Positions 1 to 7,421 of a stretch of DNA of 22,182 bases are shown in pieces. The first letter of the stretch is position 1, and each line of letters starts with the position of its first letter. The notes under the pieces are model-generated. The model saw only the letters and a list, made by a program, of their open reading frames with translations, was not told the origin of the DNA and ran no database searches. This stretch comes from a virus: IMG/VR virus record IMGVR_UViG_3300048910_000190, positions 113,158 through 135,339 of that record, one strand, 5' to 3'. The translations under genes were made by a program, and so were the position numbers.

Positions 1-77
1 TCCATGCGGCGGGCGGCTTCGAGCTCGAACGGCTCGGAGTTCATGCGGTCGGGGCGGAGGCGGTCGAGGAGGCTCAC
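1..77 (-). CDS. Hypothetical protein, 5' part only (MSLLDRLRPDRMNSEPFELEAARRM...)
   Basis: GTG at 77 overlaps the TGA of the upstream gene (GTGA); frame open to window edge. Confidence 0.6.
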   Translation of the reverse strand, partial: MSLLDRLRPDRMNSEPFELEAARRM

Positions 78-238
78 CTGCGCCACCACGGCACGTCCTG
101 GATGGCTTCGTTGACGGCCTGGTTCAGCCGCAGGTACTCGTCGGTTTCGTGGGTGATACCGGCGGCCTTTTCGGCGGCCTGGTTGGCGTGGAGTGCGGCC
201 TTGGCGGCCTTGTACTTCTCGATGGCGTCGGCGGGCAT
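74..238 (-). CDS. Hypothetical 54-aa helical protein (MPADAIEKYKAAK...VPWWRR)
   Basis: AAGGAG RBS before ATG 238; GTGA coupling to next gene; below ORF-track cutoff. Confidence 0.8.
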   Translation of the reverse strand: MPADAIEKYKAAKAALHANQAAEKAAGITHETDEYLRLNQAVNEAIQDVPWWRR

Positions 239-250
239 GTGGTGCTCCTT

Positions 251-451
251 TCAGGTGGTGGCGGGTAGGGGTCGGAGTTCACTGCTGGTGCAGAGGACGG
301 GGCCGATGAGGAGCGCGTCGGGGTGGACGGTCCAGCGGTGTTGGGTGAGGGGGCCGGGCGGGGCCTGGTCGATGACGGTGCCGTGGTGGTCGGCGGCGCG
401 GGGGTCGTCGGCGCAGGCGGCGATGTAGACGCGGGCCTTGGCGAGGGACAT
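251..451 (-). CDS. Hypothetical protein, 66 aa
   Basis: Fits operon tiling, AGGA RBS, C-rich third positions. Confidence 0.7.
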   Translation of the reverse strand: MSLAKARVYIAACADDPRAADHHGTVIDQAPPGPLTQHRWTVHPDALLIGPVLCTSSELRPLPATT

Positions 452-463
452 GGGCGTTCCTGG

Positions 464-1012
464 TCAGGGGTGTTGGGCGGCTTGCCGGAGCAGGTGGTGG
501 ATGTCGTAGATCCGGGTGGTCGGCAGGTCGTTGTAGGTGTCGATGGGCATGGGGTGGCCGAGGCGCCCGAGGGCGTTGCCGAGGCGGATGCGGGCCCGCC
601 ACACAACGCTGGGGGTGCCGTATCCGGCGGCGAGGACCCGCAGTTGCGCCCCGAGGACGCACACCTCCCCGGCGTGGTTCCAGAGTTGGCCTTGGTGCCA
701 GCCGTGCTGGGTGATGTACCGGGCGGTCAGGTCGAGGTGCTGCTGCGGGGTGACCTCGGTGACGGGCTGCAGGCCGCGGAGGCGCTGCAGCCGAGTCGGG
801 GTGGTGCGGGGGATGGTGGCGTCCCAGGGCTGGAGGACGCTGCCGTACTGGGCCGGGTGAGGCGCCAGCGCGAGGAGCGCCTTGATGTCCAGCCCGGGCT
901 TCACCGCCGGAGCGTGGGCCCGGAGGTACGTCTCGATCTCGGCTACGAGGAGCGCGCCGGCCGCGTCCAGGTCGAGCAGCTCGGGCAGCGGGGCGATCGT
1001 GAGGACAGGCAC
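464..1012 (-). CDS. DUF6197-like actinobacterial protein
   Basis: GWHQG...GEVCVLGA and later YND motif recalled for this family; GAAGGGAG RBS. Confidence 0.6.
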   Translation of the reverse strand: MPVLTIAPLPELLDLDAAGALLVAEIETYLRAHAPAVKPGLDIKALLALAPHPAQYGSVLQPWDATIPRTTPTRLQRLRGLQPVTEVTPQQHLDLTARYITQHGWHQGQLWNHAGEVCVLGAQLRVLAAGYGTPSVVWRARIRLGNALGRLGHPMPIDTYNDLPTTRIYDIHHLLRQAAQHP

Positions 1013-1033
1013 GGCGGGACTCCCTTCGAAGGG

Positions 1034-1471
1034 TCAGGCGTTGGTGAGGACCTTGGCGCTGACCGGGTACAGGTCCCAGACCTCGTCGATGGCGGTTTGG
1101 ACGGCCTTGGCGGCGCGGGTCAGCTCGGCGTGGTGGCGGCCGAGGTGGAGGGCCTCGTACGAGTCGCGGGTCTGCTGCGGCACGCTGGTGAGCGGCCCGT
1201 GGTGCCACCAGGCCTGCCACGAGTCGGCGGCGTGGGGTCCGACGAGACGGCCCGGCTTGAGCTTCGACCAGCGGGTGAAGACGTATTCGTTGTGGATGTC
1301 GAAGGCCCCGATGCAGGCGTTGCCCTTGGCGGGGATGGCGGGGGCGACGGTCCACCAGGTGGTGCCGAACTGCTGGGCGGCCCTTTTGGCCCAGGCGAGG
1401 TGTTCGGCTTGGAGTTCCCGCTCGTGCTTCCGGATGTAGTACTGGTTCGAGCCCCAGTTGAGGAGTCCCAT
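1034..1471 (-). CDS. Hypothetical protein, 145 aa, Trp-rich
   Basis: GAAAGGA RBS, operon tiling, protein-like composition. Confidence 0.8.
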   Translation of the reverse strand: MGLLNWGSNQYYIRKHERELQAEHLAWAKRAAQQFGTTWWTVAPAIPAKGNACIGAFDIHNEYVFTRWSKLKPGRLVGPHAADSWQAWWHHGPLTSVPQQTRDSYEALHLGRHHAELTRAAKAVQTAIDEVWDLYPVSAKVLTNA

Positions 1472-1504
1472 TGGTGTCCTTTCGGTGTTGGGGGAGGCGG
1501 GTGG

Positions 1505-1705
1505 TCAGATGGTGCCATTGGCGAGCAGGTCGTTGAGGGTGGTGATCTCGGCGGTGGTGTAGCCGAAGCCGTTGCGCTTGCAGTACTTGGCGAGTTCGGT
1601 GGCGGGGTTGAGGTTGAGGCGGATCGCGGCGGCCCGGATCACGTGCATTTCGGGGGCGAGGAGGGCGATGGCGTCCTGCTGCTCCGGGGTGAAGTCGGCG
1701 CTCAT
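1505..1705 (-). CDS. Hypothetical protein, 66 aa
   Basis: AGGA RBS, operon tiling. Confidence 0.8.
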   Translation of the reverse strand: MSADFTPEQQDAIALLAPEMHVIRAAAIRLNLNPATELAKYCKRNGFGYTTAEITTLNDLLANGTI

Positions 1706-1718
1706 GCGGGGTTCCTGT

Positions 1719-2009
1719 TCAGGCGAGGGTGAGGTTGTTGACGAGCTGGAGGCGCTGGTCGGCGTGGGCGATGAGCCCGCCGGCGGCGACGGGGTCGAGT
1801 TCGGCGTCGACGAGGTAGTTGGCGACGGCGGTGAGGTGCTCGGCAGCGACCTTGAGGTTCTCGGTCGCCCCGGTGGCGTACGTGCGGCCGAGGCTGGCGA
1901 TGGTGTCGGTGAACTGGGCGGTGGTGAAGCCGCTGACGTCGTGTCCGTAGAGGCGAGCGATCATCGGGCCGTGGGTGGTGATGAGCTGCTCGATCGTGGT
2001 GGCGGTCAT
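1719..2009 (-). CDS. Hypothetical protein, 96 aa
   Basis: GAAGGAG RBS, operon tiling. Confidence 0.8.
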   Translation of the reverse strand: MTATTIEQLITTHGPMIARLYGHDVSGFTTAQFTDTIASLGRTYATGATENLKVAAEHLTAVANYLVDAELDPVAAGGLIAHADQRLQLVNNLTLA

Positions 2010-2014
2010 CGTTG

Positions 2015-2197
2015 CTACTCCTTCGGCTGGGCGAGCGGGGTGTCGAGGTTGGCGCGGTAGAGGGCGGCGATCTCGCTGCCGTCGGTGGTGCGGGTTGCGA
2101 ACCGGGCGTTGACCTCGGCGACGATCTCCTGGCAGCGGGTGTCGTCTCCGGCGCGGCGGGCCTTGCGGTACTCGTCGGCCGTCTCGTGCGGCTCCAT
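2015..2197 (-). CDS. Hypothetical 60-aa helical protein, paralogue of 2987-3232
   Basis: GAGGAG RBS; shares Y..A..AGD......IV.....R motif with 2987-3232. Confidence 0.8.
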   Translation of the reverse strand: MEPHETADEYRKARRAGDDTRCQEIVAEVNARFATRTTDGSEIAALYRANLDTPLAQPKE

Positions 2198-2207
2198 GCG
2201 GGGCTCC

Positions 2208-2477
2208 TCAGCTGGTCGGGTCGGTGGTGGCGCAGTCGGGGCATCCGGTCCCGTGGCCGGACTGGTCGTGTGTTAGGCACCACCAGTCCGGTTCGTACGG
2301 CCCGTCCTCGGTGTCGGGCTTGTCCTCGCCCCAGTTCCAGGCGTGGTTGGTGCCGATGTGCGGGGCGCCGTGGCCGAGGGCCGGCCGGGACGGTTGGGGT
2401 TCGCGGTCGGCGTGGAGGGCGTCGCGGATCGCGGCGAAGGTGTGCGGGGGGACGCCGTTGCGCTGCTTGCGGGTCAT
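2208..2477 (-). CDS. Hypothetical protein with C-terminal CxxH...CxxC motif
   Basis: ATGA overlap with upstream gene; WWCLTH...GCPDC. Confidence 0.75.
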   Translation of the reverse strand: MTRKQRNGVPPHTFAAIRDALHADREPQPSRPALGHGAPHIGTNHAWNWGEDKPDTEDGPYEPDWWCLTHDQSGHGTGCPDCATTDPTS

Positions 2478-2668
2478 GCGGCGGCCTGCTGCCGGTAGTC
2501 GGGGTGGCCGAGGCGGGCGAGGAGCTCGTCCGTCCAGGCGTCGATCTCGGCGTCGGTGAGGGCCTGGATGGCGGCCTGGCGCTCGGCGGGGGTTGCGTTG
2601 GGGTCGAGCTGGCCGAGGGCGATGAGGAGGGTGGCGGTGTTCTGCTGGCGCTCGATCATCGTGGGCAT
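2474..2668 (-). CDS. Hypothetical protein, 64 aa
   Basis: GAGGT RBS before ATG 2668 (alternative start 2680). Confidence 0.75.
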   Translation of the reverse strand: MPTMIERQQNTATLLIALGQLDPNATPAERQAAIQALTDAEIDAWTDELLARLGHPDYRQQAAA

Positions 2669-2676
2669 GACATACC

Positions 2677-2916
2677 TCATTCGGTGAATGTGGCGTACGG
2701 AGTTCGGACGTCGGGGTGGGAGACGGACGTGATGCGGTCCGCGACGATCGCGGCAGTTGCTGCTGCGGCGGCTATCGCGCCGACGATCGGCTGGTGCGGG
2801 TCGCCGGTCGCGATGATCTGCGTGGCGATCGTGGTGTTCGTTCGCAGGCCCAAGCCGGAGCTGACGGTGTCGTACATCCCGTAGGCGGCCTGCTGGGCGC
2901 GGTCGCGCCAGGTCAC
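2677..2916 (-). CDS. Small protein with hydrophobic Ala/Ile segment, possibly membrane associated
   Basis: GTG 2916 overlaps TGA of the 25-aa ORF; IVGAIAAAAATAAIVA stretch. Confidence 0.7.
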   Translation of the reverse strand: MTWRDRAQQAAYGMYDTVSSGLGLRTNTTIATQIIATGDPHQPIVGAIAAAAATAAIVADRITSVSHPDVRTPYATFTE

Positions 2917-2990
2917 TTCTGACTGGGCTGCTGCTCGGGCTGGGGCTGCGGGGCCGGCGCGGGGGTGGGGTTGCCGCCGAGGTAGCTCAT
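2913..2990 (-). CDS. 25-aa Pro/Gln-rich peptide MSYLGGNPTPAPAPQPQPEQQPSQK
   Basis: ATGA overlap at its start and GTGA overlap at its end fill the gap exactly. Confidence 0.6.
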   Translation of the reverse strand: MSYLGGNPTPAPAPQPQPEQQPSQK

Positions 2991-3232
2991 CGCGCACCAG
3001 CGCTCATGGTGGCCTCGATGAGGGCGTTGTACTCGTCGGCGCTGATGGTGCCGTCGGTGAGGCGGTTGATCGCGTCACGGACGATCCGGCTCGCGGCGGC
3101 GCTGTCGCCGGCCTGCTTCGCGGCGGTGTAGTCGGCGACGGACTGGTAGGGCTGGAAGGGGACCGGGGTGCGGTTCCTGTCGATGTCACCGAGGGGCGTC
3201 TCAGCCCCGTAGCTGCCACCTGCGTAGCTCAT
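2987..3232 (-). CDS. Hypothetical 81-aa protein (MSYAGGSYGAETP...), paralogue of 2015-2197
   Basis: AGGAAGGAG RBS before ATG 3232; 3' part of track ORF 2987-3709. Confidence 0.82.
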   Translation of the reverse strand: MSYAGGSYGAETPLGDIDRNRTPVPFQPYQSVADYTAAKQAGDSAAASRIVRDAINRLTDGTISADEYNALIEATMSAGAR

Positions 3233-3251
3233 GGGGTGCTCCTTCCTGGGG

Positions 3252-3479
3252 TTAGGCGACGGCCGGAGCGAAGGCCGAGTTGGCGATGTGCTGCTCGACC
3301 GAGGTCCGGGGCACGCGGAAGCCGGTGCGGCGAACCTTGCCATTTCCGATAGCGGTGGCCCCAGGGAGCTGGCCGCTGTCAGCGAGCCGGTAGACGGTCT
3401 TGGGACTGCAGCAGAGCAGAGCAGCCGACTCCCCGGCGGTGAGCCACTCGGCAGCCGCAGAGGGTGCCGTGGTCGACAT
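3252..3479 (-). CDS. Excisionase-type (HTH_17/MerR-like) DNA-binding protein
   Basis: WLTAGESAALLCCSPKTVYRLADSGQLPG...FRVPRTSVE; AAGGAGG RBS before ATG 3479. Confidence 0.85.
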   Translation of the reverse strand: MSTTAPSAAAEWLTAGESAALLCCSPKTVYRLADSGQLPGATAIGNGKVRRTGFRVPRTSVEQHIANSAFAPAVA

Positions 3480-3520
3480 GAGTCCTCCTTGGTAGTTGGT
3501 GGCCGCTTCCGGCCTTGCCA

Positions 3521-3570
3521 TGTGTAGATAGTCGCAGCAGTGTCTAGACAGTGCAAGTGGTCTCTAGGGA
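3521..3570 (-). promoter_or_regulatory. Promoter of the xis operon with three GntR/HutC-type operators at 20-bp spacing
   Basis: Minus strand TTGCAC-17nt-GACTAT; perfect palindrome TGTCTAGACA at 3541-3550 in the spacer; variants at 3521-3530 and 3561-3570. Confidence 0.65.
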
Positions 3571-3603
3571 CAGGATTCAGATTTGGCCACCCGTAGAGCA
3601 CGC

Positions 3604-3637
3604 AAAAAGCCCCCGCCTCGACCAGCGAGACGGGGGC
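3604..3637 (-). terminator. Intrinsic terminator after the GntR gene
   Basis: Minus strand GCCCCCGTCTCG-ctggt-CGAGGCGGGGGC followed by TTTTT. Confidence 0.85.
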
Positions 3638-3656
3638 AGGGCAGAGAAAAGCGCAG

Positions 3657-4406
3657 CTAGAAGTCGTAACCCAGGACGAAGCGCGACCCGTCGAGCAGCA
3701 TCTCCACATGCTCGACAGCCCGGCCCGAGGCGTCCCAGGACACCCGGACGATGTCCAGAATCGGCGTGTCGTGCGTGAGCTTCAACAGCTCACGGTCCCG
3801 AGCCGTCGCCGTCCGCAAGCGCAGCTCCTCCCGATGCCGGACCGGTTCGTGGCCCAGCTCGCGCAGCCGTGCGTGAATGCCGCCCGGGCCCGTGTCGACC
3901 TGGGTGATACGCGATCCCTCGACCAGGCCAGCAGGCAGGTGCGAGGTCGCGTACTGAACCGTCCGTCCGTCGACCAGGTAGGCCCTCGCCCGGCGCCAGA
4001 CCAGCGCCCCCGACTCGATGCCAAGCGCCCGCGCGACATCGTCGGAGGCCGGCAGCTGTTCGATGATGACCCCGTCGACCTTGAGGTCTCGGTCGTCGAG
4101 CCCCAGGTCCCAGATCGCGCGGCCCTCGCCCCACTGCTCGGCCGACAGGCGCTGCGGACTGTTGCGGGGGATCGGGCGCCATGGCGTTGCGAAGATGCCC
4201 CGCTCTTTCCCTTTGCGGGTCTCGATCAGCCCATCGCTGCGTAGCAGGGCGAGCGCGGCCCGGACGGTGAGACGGTTGACCCCGTAAGCCTCGGCGAGCT
4301 CCGCCTCGCTCTTGGCCAGGAGTCCACCGTCACCGTAGTCGCCGTCTTCGATGCGAGCGCGCAGGTGCTCGGCGATCGCGTCGCGACCCATCGAGGGTGT
4401 AGGCAC
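3657..4406 (-). CDS. GntR family (HutC subfamily, UTRA domain) repressor, KorSA/TraR-like
   Basis: SEAELAEAYGVNRLTVRAALALLRSDGLI wHTH; UTRA-type C-terminus (VARALGI...RRAR...EELRLR...GRAVE). Confidence 0.92.
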   Translation of the reverse strand: MPTPSMGRDAIAEHLRARIEDGDYGDGGLLAKSEAELAEAYGVNRLTVRAALALLRSDGLIETRKGKERGIFATPWRPIPRNSPQRLSAEQWGEGRAIWDLGLDDRDLKVDGVIIEQLPASDDVARALGIESGALVWRRARAYLVDGRTVQYATSHLPAGLVEGSRITQVDTGPGGIHARLRELGHEPVRHREELRLRTATARDRELLKLTHDTPILDIVRVSWDASGRAVEHVEMLLDGSRFVLGYDF

Positions 4407-4488
4407 GGGTCGATCCTCCTGGTGGCGTTGTGGTCCGGCGCTAACGCTACCGACTGGATCTTGACCGGATCTCAGGGGGATGGCGCTT

Positions 4489-4518
4489 GTTCTATACAGG
4501 ATGGGTTATGTCTGGACA
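4489..4518. promoter_or_regulatory. Second pair of GntR-type operators between the GntR gene and the 4676 gene
   Basis: TGTCTGGACA at 4509-4518 (9/10 match to the 3541 site) and GTTCTATACA 20 bp upstream. Confidence 0.55.
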
Positions 4519-4675
4519 TTGCGCGAGTATCTGTGCCAGCCTCCAGAGGGACCGGCGCACCTCCTGGTGACACCGATCCCATCTGCCGCCGACCCGTGCA
4601 GTCCCCGGGTACGGTGGTTCCTTGCCCGCCGCCACCGGGCCACCGCCCTCGCCGCCACCGAAGGAAAACCCACTC

Positions 4676-5167
4676 ATGCGCCCCGACCGACTCCAGACTG
4701 TGCTCGCCGACGCAGCCCGCCACATTCCTGCCGTCGACGGCGTCAAGACTCTCGCTGACGCGGGCCACAGCGAGCATCCTTACGGCATCGTCACCCACCT
4801 GCAGAGCGGCGCCCAGGCATGGTGGTCCTTCACCGTCCAGTCCCGCCCAGGCGACGACTACGCGCAGACCGAGCAGGAGCCTGTGACCGGTGACAGGCCC
4901 GAGCCGATCGACATGCCCGTTCTCGCGGACGGGCCAGTAGCCTTGTCGTACCTGGAGCAGGCCCTCGCTTCTCAGCTCCTGCAGCTGGACAAGGCGGGAG
5001 AGATCAAGGCTGTCAGTCTGCTGTCGACTGGAGGCGGGGCGATTCCCTTCGGTCTGCGCATCGACTTCCACGACACGGCGAAGGCGTTCGTCAACAGTTT
5101 GGCCACGGTGGGCGTCGGACAGAACTCTCCGCGCGGGCGCTGGTACGAGGTGCCTGCCACGGTGTAG
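4676..5167 (+). CDS. Hypothetical protein, 163 aa
   Basis: GAAGGA RBS before ATG 4676; globular composition. Confidence 0.8.
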   Translation: MRPDRLQTVLADAARHIPAVDGVKTLADAGHSEHPYGIVTHLQSGAQAWWSFTVQSRPGDDYAQTEQEPVTGDRPEPIDMPVLADGPVALSYLEQALASQLLQLDKAGEIKAVSLLSTGGGAIPFGLRIDFHDTAKAFVNSLATVGVGQNSPRGRWYEVPATV

Positions 5168-5184
5168 CGAGAGAGGAGTCGGCG

Positions 5185-5319
5185 ATGGTCCCACAGGGAA
5201 AGTGCCCGGATTGCGGGCAGGCGGTCGGGACGCAGCCGGGTAAGGAGACTGTGATACACAGCGCTCGCGGCAAGCAAGGCCCTTGTAGCGGGGTCGGGAA
5301 GCCCGCCCGGCCGCTGTAG
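5185..5319 (+). CDS. 44-aa putative zinc-binding microprotein (CPDC...H...C)
   Basis: GAGGAG RBS; MVPQGKCPDCGQAVGTQPGKETVIHSARGKQGPCSGVGKPARPL; ends right at the terminator. Confidence 0.7.
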   Translation: MVPQGKCPDCGQAVGTQPGKETVIHSARGKQGPCSGVGKPARPL

Positions 5320-5321
5320 AC

Positions 5322-5360
5322 GCAGAAAGCGCCCCGTCCGACTGGACGGGGCGCTTCTGT
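5322..5360. terminator. Bidirectional terminator between convergent genes
   Basis: AAGCGCCCCGTCC-gact-GGACGGGGCGCTT. Confidence 0.85.
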
Positions 5361-5366
5361 GTGGGG

Positions 5367-5888
5367 TCAGAACGAGGCGTAGCGGTTGACCTGCGACACC
5401 TTGCACGTGATCTTCGCGTCCTTGACCTGGGCCAGGTCACCGGCCTCGGTCTTGGCGACAGCTGCCGGGTCAAGGTCGTTCGTCGCGGCGAAGCCCTGAC
5501 CGGTGCGGGCGCCGCTGCTGTCGATGAAGTCGACCTGCACCGTGTAGTTGCTCTTCTTCGAGCTGTGGTTCGTGATCGTCAGCGCGGCGTGGGCGAGACC
5601 GAACTCATCCACGGTGCAGCTGGTGATCTGGATGTCGGCCACCGCGCCCGGGGCGGCGCTGGCGGTCGCGGACGGCATGGAGTGGCCAGCGACAGGCGCC
5701 GCAGTCGAGGTGGCCGCCGTCTTCACGGCCTTGCCAACGGCGAGGCCGAGAACCACGACGATGACGATCCCGAGCACGGCCACGCCGAGGCAGCTGAACC
5801 CGACGATCTTCCCAACGTTGCTCTTCTTCGGCTGCTGCGGCGGCGGGGGAGCCCAACCGGGTGCGGGCTGCTGCTGACCCATGCTCAT
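5367..5888 (-). CDS. Membrane-anchored extracellular protein with FxLYD-like beta domain; possible superinfection-exclusion role
   Basis: P/Q-rich N-terminus, one TM helix, A/T/S linker, ITNHSSKKSNYTVQVDFIDSSG motif; directly downstream of the repressor. Confidence 0.75.
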   Translation of the reverse strand: MSMGQQQPAPGWAPPPPQQPKKSNVGKIVGFSCLGVAVLGIVIVVVLGLAVGKAVKTAATSTAAPVAGHSMPSATASAAPGAVADIQITSCTVDEFGLAHAALTITNHSSKKSNYTVQVDFIDSSGARTGQGFAATNDLDPAAVAKTEAGDLAQVKDAKITCKVSQVNRYASF

Positions 5889-5975
5889 GACTGTCCCTGG
5901 TGATCGACCGGTTTGATGGGGGACAGCGTCGCAGGGCGAACTGACTGCCCGTCGGGTCGTTGCCGAAGCGTGACG

Positions 5976-6368
5976 CTACTCCCTGGTTCGCCTGGCCCGC
6001 TTCTGCAACTGCTGGACGAAGTTGGAGAACAGCTCCTGGTCGTCCGGGCTGATGCCGAGAGCCACGGCGGCCTCCTCGGGTGAGTAGACCTGCCGGGGCT
6101 GCTTCAGCTGTCCCAGGCTGTCGGCGGGGATGATCCCGGCGCCGATGAGGAGCTCCGCGACTGATACGCCAACCGCATCGGCGATGGGCTGGAAGTACTC
6201 AGGGCTGGGGATTGCCTTGCCATCCAGCCATCGGCTGACCGTGCTGCGGGAGACATCGCATGCTGCTGCCAGCGCGGCGCGGCCGCCGCCCTGGGGCTTG
6301 TCGATGTCGAGGTCGGCGCGGCGCATCGCCGCAGCCAGCCATGCCGCGAACTGCTCCGCCGCTGTCAT
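5976..6368 (-). CDS. XRE-family HTH repressor (CI-like)
   Basis: RAALAAACDVSRSTVSRWLDGKAIP...IADAVGVSVAELL; GAGGGA RBS before ATG 6368; divergent from Cro-like gene. Confidence 0.88.
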   Translation of the reverse strand: MTAAEQFAAWLAAAMRRADLDIDKPQGGGRAALAAACDVSRSTVSRWLDGKAIPSPEYFQPIADAVGVSVAELLIGAGIIPADSLGQLKQPRQVYSPEEAAVALGISPDDQELFSNFVQQLQKRARRTRE

Positions 6369-6426
6369 CTGGTCCCTCAATCCCCGTCGGTCGCACGCTT
6401 GCTCGCGCAGTGCCGTCAGTGGAAAT

Positions 6427-6550
6427 GGTTGCACATGCGCAACCCGGCTGGTCAAGGGCACTCCACGATTCTATGTGTGGAATGTGTTGCGCAGATGGAA
6501 CGCCCTGCGTAGTCTGTTCCGTGAAGGGAATTCGTCCCTTCCATGCAACA
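6427..6550. promoter_or_regulatory. CI/Cro switch region with five operator-like repeats TTSC-N6-GSAA
   Basis: Sites starting at 6429, 6469, 6487, 6517, 6535; first is GGTTGC-acatgc-GCAACC. Confidence 0.7.
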
Positions 6551-6560
6551 AGGGGGTGTC

Positions 6561-6788
6561 ATGTCCCATCGACTTCATGCCACGAACCTGCGCGAAGCCG
6601 CCGAGCGTTACGGCGACTTCAGCGACTACAGGATCTCCAAGCGGGCCGGCATCCCGCGCGCCACGCTCTCTCGACTCGTCAACGGCCAGGGCGAGCCCAC
6701 CATCACCACACTGATGCGCCTCGCCGCCTGCTACCGGATGACCGTCGAGTCGCTGGTCCGCGAGACGGAGACATCCGTGGCGGCCTGA
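6561..6788 (+). CDS. Cro-like XRE HTH protein
   Basis: YRISKRAGIPRATLSRLVNGQGEPTITTLMRLA; AAGGGGG RBS before ATG 6561. Confidence 0.88.
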   Translation: MSHRLHATNLREAAERYGDFSDYRISKRAGIPRATLSRLVNGQGEPTITTLMRLAACYRMTVESLVRETETSVAA

Positions 6789-6802
6789 CCCGGAAACGAC
6801 CA

Positions 6803-6827
6803 CGGCCCCAGCTGAAAGCCGGGGCCG
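6803..6827 (+). terminator. Hairpin after the cro-like gene (possible attenuator/terminator)
   Basis: CGGCCCCAGC-tgaaa-GCCGGGGCCG, no U-tract. Confidence 0.4.
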
Positions 6828-6874
6828 CCATCAAACCGCGCCTGCCCGTGGCCTAGGAACCCAGCGGGCGCAGA

Positions 6875-7108
6875 TTGGATGAGCCCATCATGGCAGCTGT
6901 TCTTGAGAAGTGCGACACCCCGCCGACCGTCGGTGTCGTCGCGGTGACGCTCCCCGCGGACGGCTTCAAGCTCCGCCACGTCTGGATCGACGAGAACACG
7001 CTCCTCGTCGGCTACGACCCCGCGTGGCTCCCCATCGAGATCGTCGAGTACCTCATCCGCGACGCCTACGGCAACGCCGTAGTCATCACCGACGGGGTGC
7101 CCGCATGA
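6875..7108 (+). CDS. Hypothetical protein (start may be ATG 6890)
   Basis: Codon pattern; ATGA overlap with next gene. Confidence 0.75.
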   Translation: MDEPIMAAVLEKCDTPPTVGVVAVTLPADGFKLRHVWIDENTLLVGYDPAWLPIEIVEYLIRDAYGNAVVITDGVPA

Positions 7109-7296
7109 GCGCCTCGACGATCCCCAGGCCCACCGAGAACGCCGCGATCGGCCGCTGCCCCAACCCGCCGCGCCTGCACCCCGACCAGATCCGCTTCGAC
7201 CTCGCCATCGCAAAGGACCGCCTCGACCGTCTCGGCGAACACCTCCTCGGCGGACTCCTCAGCCGCGCCCTCGACCCGCGGGGAGCCCAGCGGTGA
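7105..7296 (+). CDS. Hypothetical protein, 63 aa
   Basis: ATGA and GTGA overlaps on both ends. Confidence 0.75.
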   Translation: MSASTIPRPTENAAIGRCPNPPRLHPDQIRFDLAIAKDRLDRLGEHLLGGLLSRALDPRGAQR

Positions 7297-7421
7297 CCGC
7301 CGACGACCGAGCCGCGATCTACGTCACCCGGGGTCTCGCGAAGCTTGCCGCACTCGCCGCGAAGGCCGCGGCTGAGGCTGCCAGGCAGGCCCGCGAGAAC
7401 GCCGCCAAGGCCAGCAAGTAG
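7293..7421 (+). CDS. 42-aa Ala-rich helical protein (MTADDRAAIYVTRGLAK...)
   Basis: GGGAG RBS, GTGA overlap; below ORF-track cutoff. Confidence 0.6.
   Translation: MTADDRAAIYVTRGLAKLAALAAKAAAEAARQARENAAKASK

Noticed and set aside
279-2884. Long ORFs such as 279-1355, 323-1732 and 2012-2884
   Set aside because: Arg/Pro/Gly-rich shadow frames of high-GC DNA overlapping a well-tiled set of real genes
2913-2990. Arbitrium-like signalling peptide
   Set aside because: No signal sequence and no TPR/RRNPP receptor gene in the window
5925-5946. Third PafBC-type promoter (AGTCAG-N10-GACGCT) upstream of the membrane protein gene
   Set aside because: Mismatches in both boxes; too weak without TSS data
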